64,000 nt of DNA, taken from contig JBAVZU010000066.1 of NCBI GenBank assembly GCA_049588915.1, positions 725 through 64,724 of the forward strand, given 5' to 3'. Shown here piece by piece: positions 54,035 to 63,899 of the stretch (positions within the stretch are counted from its first letter, which is position 1; the number at the start of each line of letters is the position of its first letter). The DNA comes from Candidatus Sulfotelmatobacter sp. Lineage in GTDB: Bacteria > Acidobacteriota > Terriglobia > Terriglobales > Acidobacteriaceae. Position numbers and translations under genes: made by a program. The notes under the pieces are model-generated. The model was not told the origin of the DNA. It made no database searches and saw only the letters and a program-made list of their open reading frames with translations.

Positions 54035-56128
54035 ATGCTACACAGCCAACCAGCAATACGCTTCGCCGTCGATGTAGGAGGAACTTTCACTGACCTGATC
54101 AGCTGGGATCTCCGCAGCGGTGAAGTTCGATCGAACAAGACGTTGACCATGATTGAGCCGAGCCAAGGCGTGCTGGACGTCATACGTAAGGAGAGGCTCC
54201 TCCTGGGCGATGTAAATCTATTCGTCCACGGCACGACCTTGGGGATCAACGCGGTGCTCGAAAGAAAAGGCGCTTCTACCGGACTGATCACCACCAAGGG
54301 ATTTCGCGATGTCATCGAAATCGCGCGAATGGATCGGCCCCATATGTACAACATCCTCTACCAGAAGCCGCCGACGCTGGTTCCCCGGCATCTCCGCATG
54401 GAAGTCGATGAACGCATCAATGCGCGTGGCTGCGTTCTGCGGCCGCTTGAACGCGCTGGAGTCGCGGACGCAATCCATCGGTTTCGGCGTCACAAGGTGC
54501 AGGCGGTTGCAGTGTGCCTGCTGCATTCCTACGCCAATCCCGCCCACGAAGAAGAAATCGGAGAAATCTTCGCGAAAGAGGCTCCGGAGATTTACGTCAC
54601 GCTCTCCCACAGAATCTTGAGGGAATACTCCGAGTACGAGCGCACGATGTCAGCCGTGATGAACAGCTATATTCAACCGAAGGTTCAGGACTATCTCGAC
54701 CACTTGCAGGAGAATTTGCAGAACGAAGGCTTTTCGCAAAGATTTCTGCTGCTTCGTTCCAGCGGCGGCGCAATGAGCTTCACCGAAGCGCGCGAGAGTC
54801 CGATTTTTACGTTGATGTCCGGACCTGCCGGGGGAGTATTGGGTGCAAGCAGGCTTTCTGCCGCAACAGGCCTGCAGAACCTGATCACGGCAGATGGGGG
54901 CGGCACAAGCTTCGACGTTTCTTTGATCGCGCAGGGGCAACCGCGCGTTGTTTCGGAAACTATGATCGAGGGGTACAAACTGCTGCTGCCGATTATGGAC
55001 ATCCGTTCGATTGGCGCTGGCGGTGGCAGTATTGCATCGATCGATGCTGGAGGTGCCTTGCAGGTAGGCCCCGAGAGCGCCGGAGGAAATCCAGGTCCGA
55101 TCTGTTACGGGCGCGGTGGAAAGCAACCCACCGTAACCGATGCTGCCCTTTGTATGGGTTTGCTCGACCCGAAGTATTTTCTTGGCGGCGAGATGCAGCT
55201 CAATTATGAATTGGCCAGCGCAGCGATCGATTTGAAAATTGCGGGCCCGTTGGGGCTAGACATACGGCGGGCCTCCAGCGGCATCTTGGCCATCGTCGAA
55301 ACGAAAATGGCGGGCGCAATCCGCGAAATCACCGTCGAAAAAGGTTTCGACCCTCGCGATTTTACTTTGCTCGCCTTTGGAGGCTCGGGTCCGTTTTTCG
55401 CCTGCAATCTTGCCCGGAAATGCGAAATTGGCAGGGTCGTGATCCCAGTGGCTCCCGCAAATTTTTCGGCGATGGGTATGTTGTTGTCCGACCTGGTCCA
55501 TCACTACTCGCGGACTATGATCCTGGACCTGAAAGACGCAACTGCGGACCAGATTGATGCAATCTTTCGTGAGTTGGAGTCGCTAGGGCGAGGCGCTCTG
55601 GATTCGGATGGGATTCCTGCCGAGAGACGGGAGTTTCATCGTAGTCTTGACATGCGCTATTTCGGACAAGGTGGCCATTCCGTAACCGTGCCTGTTCCAA
55701 CCGGAACTTTCACTGCCGAACAACGACAAGGATTGGCGGCGTCGTTCCATCAGATGCATGAAAGCACTTACGGACATCGAACCGAGGAGCCCGTGCAGAT
55801 CGTCCATTTCCGGCTGCAGGCGATCGGACGAGTCGAGAAGCCGGAGTTTCGGCCGATTCCAAGCGGAGACGAAAATGCCTCGCATGCGATCAAGCAGCGA
55901 CGAGATGTCTACTGGCGTGAACTCGACCGCATCGTTCCTTTTCCTGTTTACGACCGCGCTAAACTTCTGGCCGGAAATTCTTTGGCTGGCCCTGCGATCG
56001 TGGAAGAAGCGACCGCAACCAGCGTGCTCGGTCCGGGAGACATGTTGACCGTCGGCGCTTACGGTGATCTGATCATCGAGATTGCCCAACCCACAAGCGG
56101 AGTACGGAATGCCTCGATCACAGAGTGA
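54035..56128 (+). CDS. Hydantoinase A / oxoprolinase-family subunit (HyuA type), copy 1
   Basis: FAVDVGGTFTDLI, GGGTSFDVS and IGAGGGSIA are ASKHA-fold motifs of the family. Confidence 0.9.
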   Translation: MLHSQPAIRFAVDVGGTFTDLISWDLRSGEVRSNKTLTMIEPSQGVLDVIRKERLLLGDVNLFVHGTTLGINAVLERKGASTGLITTKGFRDVIEIARMDRPHMYNILYQKPPTLVPRHLRMEVDERINARGCVLRPLERAGVADAIHRFRRHKVQAVAVCLLHSYANPAHEEEIGEIFAKEAPEIYVTLSHRILREYSEYERTMSAVMNSYIQPKVQDYLDHLQENLQNEGFSQRFLLLRSSGGAMSFTEARESPIFTLMSGPAGGVLGASRLSAATGLQNLITADGGGTSFDVSLIAQGQPRVVSETMIEGYKLLLPIMDIRSIGAGGGSIASIDAGGALQVGPESAGGNPGPICYGRGGKQPTVTDAALCMGLLDPKYFLGGEMQLNYELASAAIDLKIAGPLGLDIRRASSGILAIVETKMAGAIREITVEKGFDPRDFTLLAFGGSGPFFACNLARKCEIGRVVIPVAPANFSAMGMLLSDLVHHYSRTMILDLKDATADQIDAIFRELESLGRGALDSDGIPAERREFHRSLDMRYFGQGGHSVTVPVPTGTFTAEQRQGLAASFHQMHESTYGHRTEEPVQIVHFRLQAIGRVEKPEFRPIPSGDENASHAIKQRRDVYWRELDRIVPFPVYDRAKLLAGNSLAGPAIVEEATATSVLGPGDMLTVGAYGDLIIEIAQPTSGVRNASITE

Positions 56129-57845
56129 CATCTTCACGCTGGAGATCATTCAGGACGGTCTGATTTCCGCCGCAGAAGAGATGTTTCACGCTTTCGGCCG
56201 CACCAGCAAAAGCCCGGTGATTTACGAAGTACTCGATTACGCCTGCGGCCTCACCGATCACGAAGGCCAGTTAATCGCACAAGCAGCGGGCGTGCCAGGC
56301 TTTTTGGGCACGCTGGATCTGGCAGTGAAACAAACTATCGGCAAGTTCAATGGGAACATCCATGGCGGCGACGTTTTCATAACGAACGATCCGTACGGGA
56401 ACGGAACTCACCTGAACGACATCACGCTGATTCGTCCGATTATGTACAAAGGCGCGATCGTTGCATTTGCCGTGAGCAAAGGCCATTGGTCTGACGTCGG
56501 CGGCATGCATTTCGGCAGCTGGACCTCCGATTCCACTGAGATTTATCAAGAGGGACTTTTCTTTCCCGTGATGAAGCTGTACGAGAAAGAGAAAGCGTCT
56601 GAGTCTCTCATCGACCTGATTCGTCACAACGTGCGCATTCCTGAGATGACCATCGGTGACATGTTGTCGCAGGAAGCCTCTCTGCGCGTTGCCGCGCGTC
56701 GCGTGGAAGAACTCTGCGCCAAGTACGGCTTGCCTTCGATGCAGCGCGCGTTTCAGAAAATATTGACCTCAGGCGAGAGGGTGAGCAAAAATGCGCTCAA
56801 GCATCTGCCGCACGGTGTTTTTGAGGCGGAAGATTTCATCGATGACGATGGAATTCATGATGATCCGATCCGCGTGCAGATTAAGCTCACGATTTCCGCG
56901 CGGGAGTTTGTCGTCGATCTGCGCGGCTCGAGCCCGAAAGTCAGCGGCTCCATCAATGCTTCCTATCCGGCGTCGCTGTGTACCGCGAAAGCGACATTCA
57001 AGGCGATCACGTCTCCGCACGCTCCGGCCAACGAAGGCAATTTCCGTCCCCTACGCCTGCTCACCGATCCCGGCAGCATCTTTCATGCGCTTCCGCCCGC
57101 CCCGACTTCGACCTATTGGGAGACCGATGCTTATGTTGGGGACTTGATGATGAAGGCGCTGGCCCCCCATATTCCTGGTCGCGTGGGCGCCGGTCACTTT
57201 CTCAGCGTTTGCGGAACGATCCTGGGTGGTTATGACGAACGAAAGAAACAGCCGTACGCTCTCGTTGAACCGCAACCCGGGGGTTGGGGTGCAACGTCGA
57301 CTCACGATGGCGCAAGCGCGCAGTTTTGTCTCGGCGACGGCGAAACCCTGAATATGTCGACCGAAGTCATCGAGGCAAGATACCCGATCCGCGTTGAACA
57401 GTATGCCTTGAACACTGAAGCGGGAGCGGGCTCTGGGAAATTTCGCGGGGGCTTTGGAGTTGTGAAGGACTATCGCGTGCTGAGTCGTGAAGCCAATTTC
57501 ACTGCTTCCTTTGGAAGATCAAGATTTCCTCCGTGGGGACTCTCGGGAGGTGGCGCGGGAAGCTGCAATCGCGTGTCGATTCTTTCTGCTGGAGCGCCTC
57601 CCGAATCGCGCGGCAAAATCGCAGCCAGAAAACTCCATCAGGGCGATATGGTTCGGCTCGCCACGGGCGGAGGTGGTGGCTTTGGCCCGGCGTTCGAACG
57701 TGATCCACAAGACGTTCAAGCCGACGTTCGCAACGAATTCCTCTCGATTGATCAGGCGCAGCAAATCTATGGCGTCGTCCTCAATGGCGAGACATTGCGG
57801 GTCGACCAGAAAGCAACTGCGGTTCTGCGAGAGAAGCAGAATTGA
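56109..57845 (+). CDS. Hydantoinase B / oxoprolinase-family subunit (HyuB type), copy 2
   Basis: ATG 56109 gives MPRSQSDIFTLEIIQDGLISAAEEM. Also ..TGGGGGFGPAFERD. 20-nt overlap with the preceding HyuA-type gene. Confidence 0.9.
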   Translation: MPRSQSDIFTLEIIQDGLISAAEEMFHAFGRTSKSPVIYEVLDYACGLTDHEGQLIAQAAGVPGFLGTLDLAVKQTIGKFNGNIHGGDVFITNDPYGNGTHLNDITLIRPIMYKGAIVAFAVSKGHWSDVGGMHFGSWTSDSTEIYQEGLFFPVMKLYEKEKASESLIDLIRHNVRIPEMTIGDMLSQEASLRVAARRVEELCAKYGLPSMQRAFQKILTSGERVSKNALKHLPHGVFEAEDFIDDDGIHDDPIRVQIKLTISAREFVVDLRGSSPKVSGSINASYPASLCTAKATFKAITSPHAPANEGNFRPLRLLTDPGSIFHALPPAPTSTYWETDAYVGDLMMKALAPHIPGRVGAGHFLSVCGTILGGYDERKKQPYALVEPQPGGWGATSTHDGASAQFCLGDGETLNMSTEVIEARYPIRVEQYALNTEAGAGSGKFRGGFGVVKDYRVLSREANFTASFGRSRFPPWGLSGGGAGSCNRVSILSAGAPPESRGKIAARKLHQGDMVRLATGGGGGFGPAFERDPQDVQADVRNEFLSIDQAQQIYGVVLNGETLRVDQKATAVLREKQN

Positions 57846-57905
57846 TTGCGGAAGTCGTTAGCCAAGAGCGGAAATTGATCTGAGGAAACTTCATCTGAGG
57901 TAGTG

Positions 57906-59978
57906 TCAGCGAATTTCAATCTGCAGGTTGCCATATGCATCGACCTGCAGGTGGTCTCCACCATTTACGATAGTGGTCGACGTTGGCTCTTCGATGACCG
58001 CCGGGCCATTCAGTCGCGAACCCGGTGGCAGGTTGCTGCGCTCAAAGACTTGCACTTTCCCCGATTTGTTTTCCAGATGCATCAGTCGCGATCCCTTGGG
58101 TTTCGCGCGCGCGAGTTTTCGTTGTGAAATCGCTCGGATTGGGGGTTTGGGCAGCTTCGCATACGCCACCAGGTGGCAGGTAACGATTTCCATCGGGTCC
58201 TGAAGAGTGAACTCGTAGGCACGCTGATGCAACTCTTCAAAGTGCCGGCGCAGGACTCCTATGGCCTGATTTTTTAGCGTCGCCTGAGCTATAGGCACTT
58301 TCACGCTGTGTTCCTGGCCTCGATAGCGGGCATCGACATAGCGTTCGATATGAATCTGCTCTTCCCGGCGCTCTTCGGAGAATGCCTTGCGGGACTGTTC
58401 TTCCAGTTCGCTGAAAGCCGTCTGCAGCTGTTCGCCGCACTGCCGATCGACAAGCATAATCCGAGTACGCAGGAAATCTCGCCGCAAATCCGCAACGAGC
58501 ATTCCCCATGCCGAGAACACTCCAGGCAATGGAGGAATTAAGACCTTTGGGATACCGAGTTGCCGCGCGACACTGGAGGCGTGCAGCGGCCCGCCGCCTC
58601 CATATGCAACGAGTGTGAAATCCCGAGGATCATAGCCGCGCTTCACCGAGACCAGCTTGAGTGCGTTGATAATTTGCGAGTTGGCAAGCCGCACTGTCCC
58701 TTGAGCGAGTTTGTCGACAGGAATCCCCAATTTCCTCGACTCGGAAGCAAACGCATCATATGCACGCTCCTTGTTCAGATGAATGTCTCCGCCGAGGAAA
58801 TAATCGGGATTCAGAACGCCGCCAAGCAGGAACGCATCGGTCACCGTTGGTTTCGTTCCTCCAAGGCCGTAGCAGGCAGGACCGGGCACTGCACCCGCGC
58901 TTACCGGGCCAACCCGCAGCGCGCCCGTTTCATCTTTGTTGAAAATGCTTCCGCCCCCTGCGCCGATCTCGACGATATCCAAACATGGCACCTTCAACGG
59001 GTATCCCGCCGAGGTCGAACTCTTCTCGATGAAGTAATCGCTGTTAATGCGCAGTTGGCCTTTGTGGATTAGAGTAGTCTTCGCGGTTGTTCCACCAACA
59101 TCGAGAGTCAGCAGATTCGACTCGCCGATCGACTCTCCGATCGCGCGTGCACCGATCGCTCCTGCAACTGGTCCCGATTCCACAACCCGAATGGGCGCCC
59201 GCTTGGCCTGCGAGAAGCTCATCACGCCCCCATTCGATGCCATCGCATACAGTTGCGCACCCATGCCAACCTTGCGCAGACCATCTTCCAAATTTGCCAG
59301 GTATCGAGCCACGACTGGCTGAACATAACTGTTCAGCACCGTGGTGTTGGCCCGCTCATACTCCCGGTATTCTTGCGTCAGTTCGTGAGAGCAGCAGACC
59401 AGGATCTCTGGTGCATGCTTGCGTATCCAGTCCGCGCATTTTCGCTCATGCGCACCATTCGCGTAGGCGTTGAGGAAACACACCGCAATGGCCTCCACAT
59501 CTTTTTCTTTGCAGCGGCGAATGTGCGCGGGCAGGTGCGCGAGATCGAGATCTTCAAGCACTTGCCCATCAGCGTCCAAACGCTCGCGTACTTCGAAGCT
59601 GAGTTCGCGAGGGATAAAGGCAGGGGGCTTGGTGTAAGTGAAGTTGTAAATGTCGGGCCGGTTCGAGCGCTGTATTTCGAGCACATCGCGAAAGCCGCGG
59701 GTAGTAAACAGAGCAGTTCTTACGCCTTTTCGTTCGGTAAGAGCATTAATTACGACGGTTGAGCCGTTCGCAAAATACTTCTTCACCGATCGTGGAGGGA
59801 TGCCGGATTTTGCCAACGCGCTGATGATCCCGCGCGAAAAATCTTGGGGCGTAGTGGAATCTTTCGCCACGATGAGCTGACCGGTCCGTCGGTTATAGCC
59901 AACTAGGTCGGTAAAAGTTCCACCGACGTCCGTAGCGACGTTAATAGTCAATTCAACTCTCCGGCGCTCGTTTCTCAA
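57906..59978 (-). CDS. Hydantoinase A / oxoprolinase-family subunit (HyuA type), copy 2
   Basis: VATDVGGTFTDLV, DVGGTTAKT and IGAGGGSIF. 4-nt overlap with the upstream gntR-type gene. Confidence 0.9.
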   Translation of the reverse strand: MRNERRRVELTINVATDVGGTFTDLVGYNRRTGQLIVAKDSTTPQDFSRGIISALAKSGIPPRSVKKYFANGSTVVINALTERKGVRTALFTTRGFRDVLEIQRSNRPDIYNFTYTKPPAFIPRELSFEVRERLDADGQVLEDLDLAHLPAHIRRCKEKDVEAIAVCFLNAYANGAHERKCADWIRKHAPEILVCCSHELTQEYREYERANTTVLNSYVQPVVARYLANLEDGLRKVGMGAQLYAMASNGGVMSFSQAKRAPIRVVESGPVAGAIGARAIGESIGESNLLTLDVGGTTAKTTLIHKGQLRINSDYFIEKSSTSAGYPLKVPCLDIVEIGAGGGSIFNKDETGALRVGPVSAGAVPGPACYGLGGTKPTVTDAFLLGGVLNPDYFLGGDIHLNKERAYDAFASESRKLGIPVDKLAQGTVRLANSQIINALKLVSVKRGYDPRDFTLVAYGGGGPLHASSVARQLGIPKVLIPPLPGVFSAWGMLVADLRRDFLRTRIMLVDRQCGEQLQTAFSELEEQSRKAFSEERREEQIHIERYVDARYRGQEHSVKVPIAQATLKNQAIGVLRRHFEELHQRAYEFTLQDPMEIVTCHLVAYAKLPKPPIRAISQRKLARAKPKGSRLMHLENKSGKVQVFERSNLPPGSRLNGPAVIEEPTSTTIVNGGDHLQVDAYGNLQIEIR

Positions 59979-60943
59979 GAAAGGATGCCGACTTCCAATC
60001 GCGCCTTTTCAAGTGAAACTGGATCGGCGCGCAACGTCGGCGTAGCGACATCAGGTCTGAGTCGCACATTTTCCGGCAGTTCGTCCCAGATGCGATTGCT
60101 GAAAAACAGCAGTTGCCATTTTTCACGTTCCAGCCACTCGTCGAGAGGTTCGATCTCCTCGATCGCAAGAGCCCCAAAGGCAAGTCCGGCATTCGGAAAA
60201 AGGCTCTCAATCTGCCGCAGAAATAGACGACCGTACTCTTCAAGATCGCGTTTCTTGAATACAAGGGCAACGCGACTGCCTGGGGCCAGCTGCGCAATTC
60301 TCGTCATCACCTTCTGATCCCAGTGCACCGAGACGATCACCACTTTCAGGTTGTGTTTGCGTGCAACTCTGCATGCTTCCTCGTAATGAAACGGAACGGT
60401 GCACAAATACCGCATTCCCCGAGTGTCCCGGTGCGGTAGCTTCCGCAGGGTGTCAAAGTCTATGCCGCGCACGGGAACTCCCCAGGCCTGAGAAATATCG
60501 GAGGCGAATTGCTCGGCCTGCACGCGATTGCATTCCCCGAAGACGATTCGGTTGTCGCTGTCTCTAGCTTGGCGAACCTTGTGTTGCAGGTACAGCGCGA
60601 AGCTTTGCGGATGAATCCCGAGTTTCAGAACCTGCTGCAAAACTGTCTCCGCGAGCTTGCGCACCTGCTGTTTTCTGCTTTCGCGATGTCCTCCATATTC
60701 CAATTGCCGGTTCACGATAACGCGACGGCTCCGGCTGATGGTGAGAATCCCGGCGCGCGCCAATTCTTCATAAGCGCGCCGCACGGTTGCCGGGCCAATA
60801 TCCAGTTCCCCGCCTAACTCGCGAATCGAAGGCAGAGTATCGCCTGGCTGCAGTTCGCCGAACGCCAACGCCATTCTAATCCGCTCCTTGATTTGCTCGT
60901 GAGCCGGATACGGATTGGCGGTGTCCACAAAGAAATCGATCAC
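59975..60943 (-). CDS. GntR-family transcriptional regulator with an unassigned C-terminal domain of about 250 aa
   Basis: The N-terminal winged HTH reads QIKERIRMALAFGELQPGDTLPSIRELGGELDIGPATVRRAYEELARAGIL. I could not place the C-terminal part in the FadR, HutC, MocR or YtrA types. Confidence 0.8.
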   Translation of the reverse strand: MIDFFVDTANPYPAHEQIKERIRMALAFGELQPGDTLPSIRELGGELDIGPATVRRAYEELARAGILTISRSRRVIVNRQLEYGGHRESRKQQVRKLAETVLQQVLKLGIHPQSFALYLQHKVRQARDSDNRIVFGECNRVQAEQFASDISQAWGVPVRGIDFDTLRKLPHRDTRGMRYLCTVPFHYEEACRVARKHNLKVVIVSVHWDQKVMTRIAQLAPGSRVALVFKKRDLEEYGRLFLRQIESLFPNAGLAFGALAIEEIEPLDEWLEREKWQLLFFSNRIWDELPENVRLRPDVATPTLRADPVSLEKARLEVGILS

Positions 60944-60969
60944 GCTAATACCTCACATCTGTTTTCATA

Positions 60970-60985
60970 CGCACACAAGTGTGCG
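60970..60985. promoter_or_regulatory. Perfect inverted repeat CGCACAC-AA-GTGTGCG upstream of the gntR-type gene (operator candidate)
   Basis: 7-bp arms with a 2-bp spacer, 27-42 nt upstream of the GTG start at 60943. Confidence 0.3.
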
Positions 60986-61186
60986 CGCAGCGAGAAACGG
61001 ATTAGACCATGGCGTCCGGCGACTGTCAACTCCGCTCTTGCTCAGATGAACCCGATATTAGGGTCTATTCGGCGCGTAATTTCACCGTGAGGCGAATGCC
61101 AAGAGAACGAGGGCACGATTCGACGACCGGAACGGTCGCCCACGGTGGGTGAGGGGCTCTGCTGATTTGAGAAGGCGGCTGTTAGA

Positions 61187-61622
61187 TCATCCGATCGCGC
61201 CTAATTGGCGCAAAATGGTGGCGTGATCGAAGTACACTTTCTCGCAAACTAGGTTGTTGTCTTCAAAGACAAAGATCAACACGCTCTGCACTTCCATTTT
61301 CTTTCCCGTGGGTGGAATGCCCGCCCAGATTCCTCTTTGAGTCCCTCCAAAACTTAACCTCCACAATCACTGCATCATCAGCATGATGGAGACCAATCTT
61401 ATGCAGGTAGAAGTCAGGGAAGGCTGCGAGCAGACCGCTCACTAATCCATGAACCGCCTCACCTCCGTCCACTGCCACTCCCAAGGCAGGAACCTCGTAA
61501 CGCGGATGCCGAACTGTGGCCAAGGTTGCGGCTACATCGTGAGTGACGGCTTCTGCCTCGATATGGGCGTTCACGATAGCTTCGCGGCGCTCCCGGATGT
61601 TGTTTGTCCCTGTAATTGCCAC
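61187..61622 (-). pseudogene. SnoaL-like ester cyclase (NTF2-fold) gene interrupted by a 1-nt frameshift
   Basis: The listed ORF 61263-61622 ends ..HHADDAVIVEVKFWRDSKRNLGG... Shifting one base at the TTTT run (plus-strand AAAA 61349-61352) gives ..VEVKFGGTQRGIWAGIPPTGKKMEVQSVLIFVFEDNNLVCEKVYFDHATILRQLGAIG, with the stop at 61187-61189. That is the canonical C-terminus of this family. Confidence 0.6.
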
Positions 61623-61884
61623 GGTATCCCCTCCAGGCGAGCAAGTATAAAATAACCGACCTCAAATTGGACCGCCCTTATGGGCTCCCGGTCGCTGGCT
61701 CGAGGTCCGTCGCAAGATTTCCCCAGCGGGCTGCCCAGGTTGCGCGGCCCGTGTGTGAGTACAGAGCCAGCATAGAGCTTTGGTAATCCCCGTTCCCCTC
61801 ACCAAATCGCGCTCAGGGACCGATGAAATATCACTACGGTACAAAAGCTCGAAGTGCAACCCGCTTGGGGCGTGGAGCAGCCAA

Positions 61885-63645
61885 ATGGCAGTTGTAATCT
61901 GGTTTCGGAATCTGAACACGAAGTGGAAACTGGCTCTCGCCTTTGGACTTCTTGAAGTCCTGATGGTCGGCCTCGGACTCTTTTCTCTTGCCGAGCTTTC
62001 CAGAGTGAATGAGACCACGGTCAAGATGGTCAAAGACCGGATGCCCTGCGTGCGGCTGCTGGGCAATCTCAAGTACGCCACGTCGGCGATGCGCCGTTCC
62101 GAACTGAGCTATTTGCTCGCTGTGGATCCCAAAGAGCGGCCGAAGTGGGATGCATCCATGAAGCAAGCCCTGGATGACATTCTGCTGAGCCAAAAGGAGT
62201 ATCAGTCCTTAATCAGCTCCGACGAAGAACGCAAAAATTACGATGCTTTCAAAGACGCATGGAAAAAGTACCTGGACGTGCACCAACGAGTAATGAAGCT
62301 TACCGCCGAGAATGAGTATCAGGCTGGACTGCTGGCCCAGGCTGAGGGAAGCGACACGTATGAGGCGGCCGCGAAATTTTTGCAGAACGATGTCGATCTG
62401 AACAATAAGAACGCACAAGAAGCTGGAGCCCGGGCCGCCGGCGTCTATATGTCATCCCGATATTGGATTATCGGGCTTCTAAGCTGTGCTGCGGTACTCG
62501 GCTTTATCATGGCGACAGGCATCGGACGAGCTATTTCGGCGGCCATGACCAGAATGCTCGTTCAGGTGCAGCAAATCGCCGCCAATGACCTGGCAGTCGA
62601 CGATGTGGTGGTCAGTTCCCAGGACGAAATTGGCAGAACCAGCCTCGCTTTAAACGGAATGAAGAACAATCTTTCCAAAGTGATCCAGAGGATTGCCGAC
62701 ACAGCCCAACAGCTGGCCGGAGCCAGCGAAGAGATTTCAGCAGGCGCAGGGCAGGCAGCGGAAAGCGCACGCAACCAAGCCGACCAGACCCACCAGGTTG
62801 CGACCGCAATGCAAGAGATGTCAGCCACGGTGCAGCAGGTCTCGGAGAACTCGCACAAAGCTTCTGAAGCGTCTCAGCAGTCAGCGCAAGCGGCCCGCCA
62901 CGGCGGCCAGATCGCGGAAGAAACTTTGGGCACCATGCAGAGCATTTCAGATTGCACCAGGAAAGTCGCCGTTAGCATAACGGAACTCGGAAAGCGTTCC
63001 GAGCAGATCGGAAAGATTGTTTCCGTTATCGATGATATTGCCGATCAAACCAATCTGCTGGCTCTGAATGCCGCGATCGAGGCTGCACGCGCCGGTGAAG
63101 GAGGGCGAGGATTTGCCGTCGTGGCCGATGAGGTGCGAAAACTCGCCGAGCGCACCACCAAGGCCACCAGTGAAATCGCCGCCATGATCGAATCCATCCA
63201 AATGGAGACGAAAAGCTCCGTCCAAGCCATCGAACTCAACGGAACCCAAGTGCTGGCGGGTGTTGAAAAAACTAAGGATTCGGGTAAAGCCTTGCAAGAG
63301 ATCATTCAGATGTCGGAACGAGTGGGTGACATGATCGGTCAGAACGCCGTGGCTGCCGGCCAGCAATCCGTCGCCACCGAGGACATCAACCGTAGCATCT
63401 CGCAGATCGCCAGCCTGACACAGCAGTCCTCCGCGACAGCCGAGCAAACCGCCAAGGCCTGTACGGGCCTCTCCAGCTTGGCCCTGGATTTGCAAAACCT
63501 GGTGAGCCAGTTCAAGCTGTCCACAGGATCTGGCCGCCCAACCCACTCAGCTTTGGAGCGCGAATCTCTGGGGGCAACGTCAGCAGGTATCCGACGAAAC
63601 GAGCCCCAGCCTCGTGCCCGAGCAGCAGTTGCGGGGCACGACTGA
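61885..63645 (+). CDS. Methyl-accepting chemotaxis protein (4-helix-bundle sensor, HAMP, MA domain)
   Basis: ATG 61885 follows GGAGCAG. TM1 is [21 protein letters not shown]. Signalling hairpin [39 protein letters not shown]. Confidence 0.9.
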   Translation: MAVVIWFRNLNTKWKLALAFGLLEVLMVGLGLFSLAELSRVNETTVKMVKDRMPCVRLLGNLKYATSAMRRSELSYLLAVDPKERPKWDASMKQALDDILLSQKEYQSLISSDEERKNYDAFKDAWKKYLDVHQRVMKLTAENEYQAGLLAQAEGSDTYEAAAKFLQNDVDLNNKNAQEAGARAAGVYMSSRYWIIGLLSCAAVLGFIMATGIGRAISAAMTRMLVQVQQIAANDLAVDDVVVSSQDEIGRTSLALNGMKNNLSKVIQRIADTAQQLAGASEEISAGAGQAAESARNQADQTHQVATAMQEMSATVQQVSENSHKASEASQQSAQAARHGGQIAEETLGTMQSISDCTRKVAVSITELGKRSEQIGKIVSVIDDIADQTNLLALNAAIEAARAGEGGRGFAVVADEVRKLAERTTKATSEIAAMIESIQMETKSSVQAIELNGTQVLAGVEKTKDSGKALQEIIQMSERVGDMIGQNAVAAGQQSVATEDINRSISQIASLTQQSSATAEQTAKACTGLSSLALDLQNLVSQFKLSTGSGRPTHSALERESLGATSAGIRRNEPQPRARAAVAGHD

Positions 63646-63653
63646 GATCCTTT

Positions 63654-63899
63654 TCAGGCTCTTTTCAGCAACCTGGAAATCCAGACCAGAATGACCGCGC
63701 CAACAAATGCCACAAGGATGGAACCTATCATGCCGCCGCCCGGCCAGATTCCCAGAAGCCCAAAAACCCAGCCGCCCACAATGCCGCCGAGGATGCCCAG
63801 AATTATGTCGACGAGTACGCCGTAACCACCGCCCTTCATGACCTGCCCGGCGAGCCAGCCTGCGATCAGTCCGACGACAATCCACGCGAGAAGTCCCAT
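63654..63899 (-). CDS. GlsB/YeaQ/YmgE-family (transglycosylase-associated) small membrane protein
   Basis: ATG 63899 follows AAGGAG. Sequence MGLLAWIVVGLIAGWLAGQVMKGGGYGVLVDIILGILGGIVGGW. Confidence 0.85.
   Translation of the reverse strand: MGLLAWIVVGLIAGWLAGQVMKGGGYGVLVDIILGILGGIVGGWVFGLLGIWPGGGMIGSILVAFVGAVILVWISRLLKRA

Noticed and set aside
61662-62081. 139-aa minus-strand ORF
   Set aside because: It overlaps the MCP start and its upstream region. The translation is R/S/T-rich with no motifs.
62947-63546. 199-aa minus-strand ORF
   Set aside because: It is antisense to the MCP signalling domain. The A/E/Q-rich coiled-coil codons of that domain commonly leave the opposite strand open.
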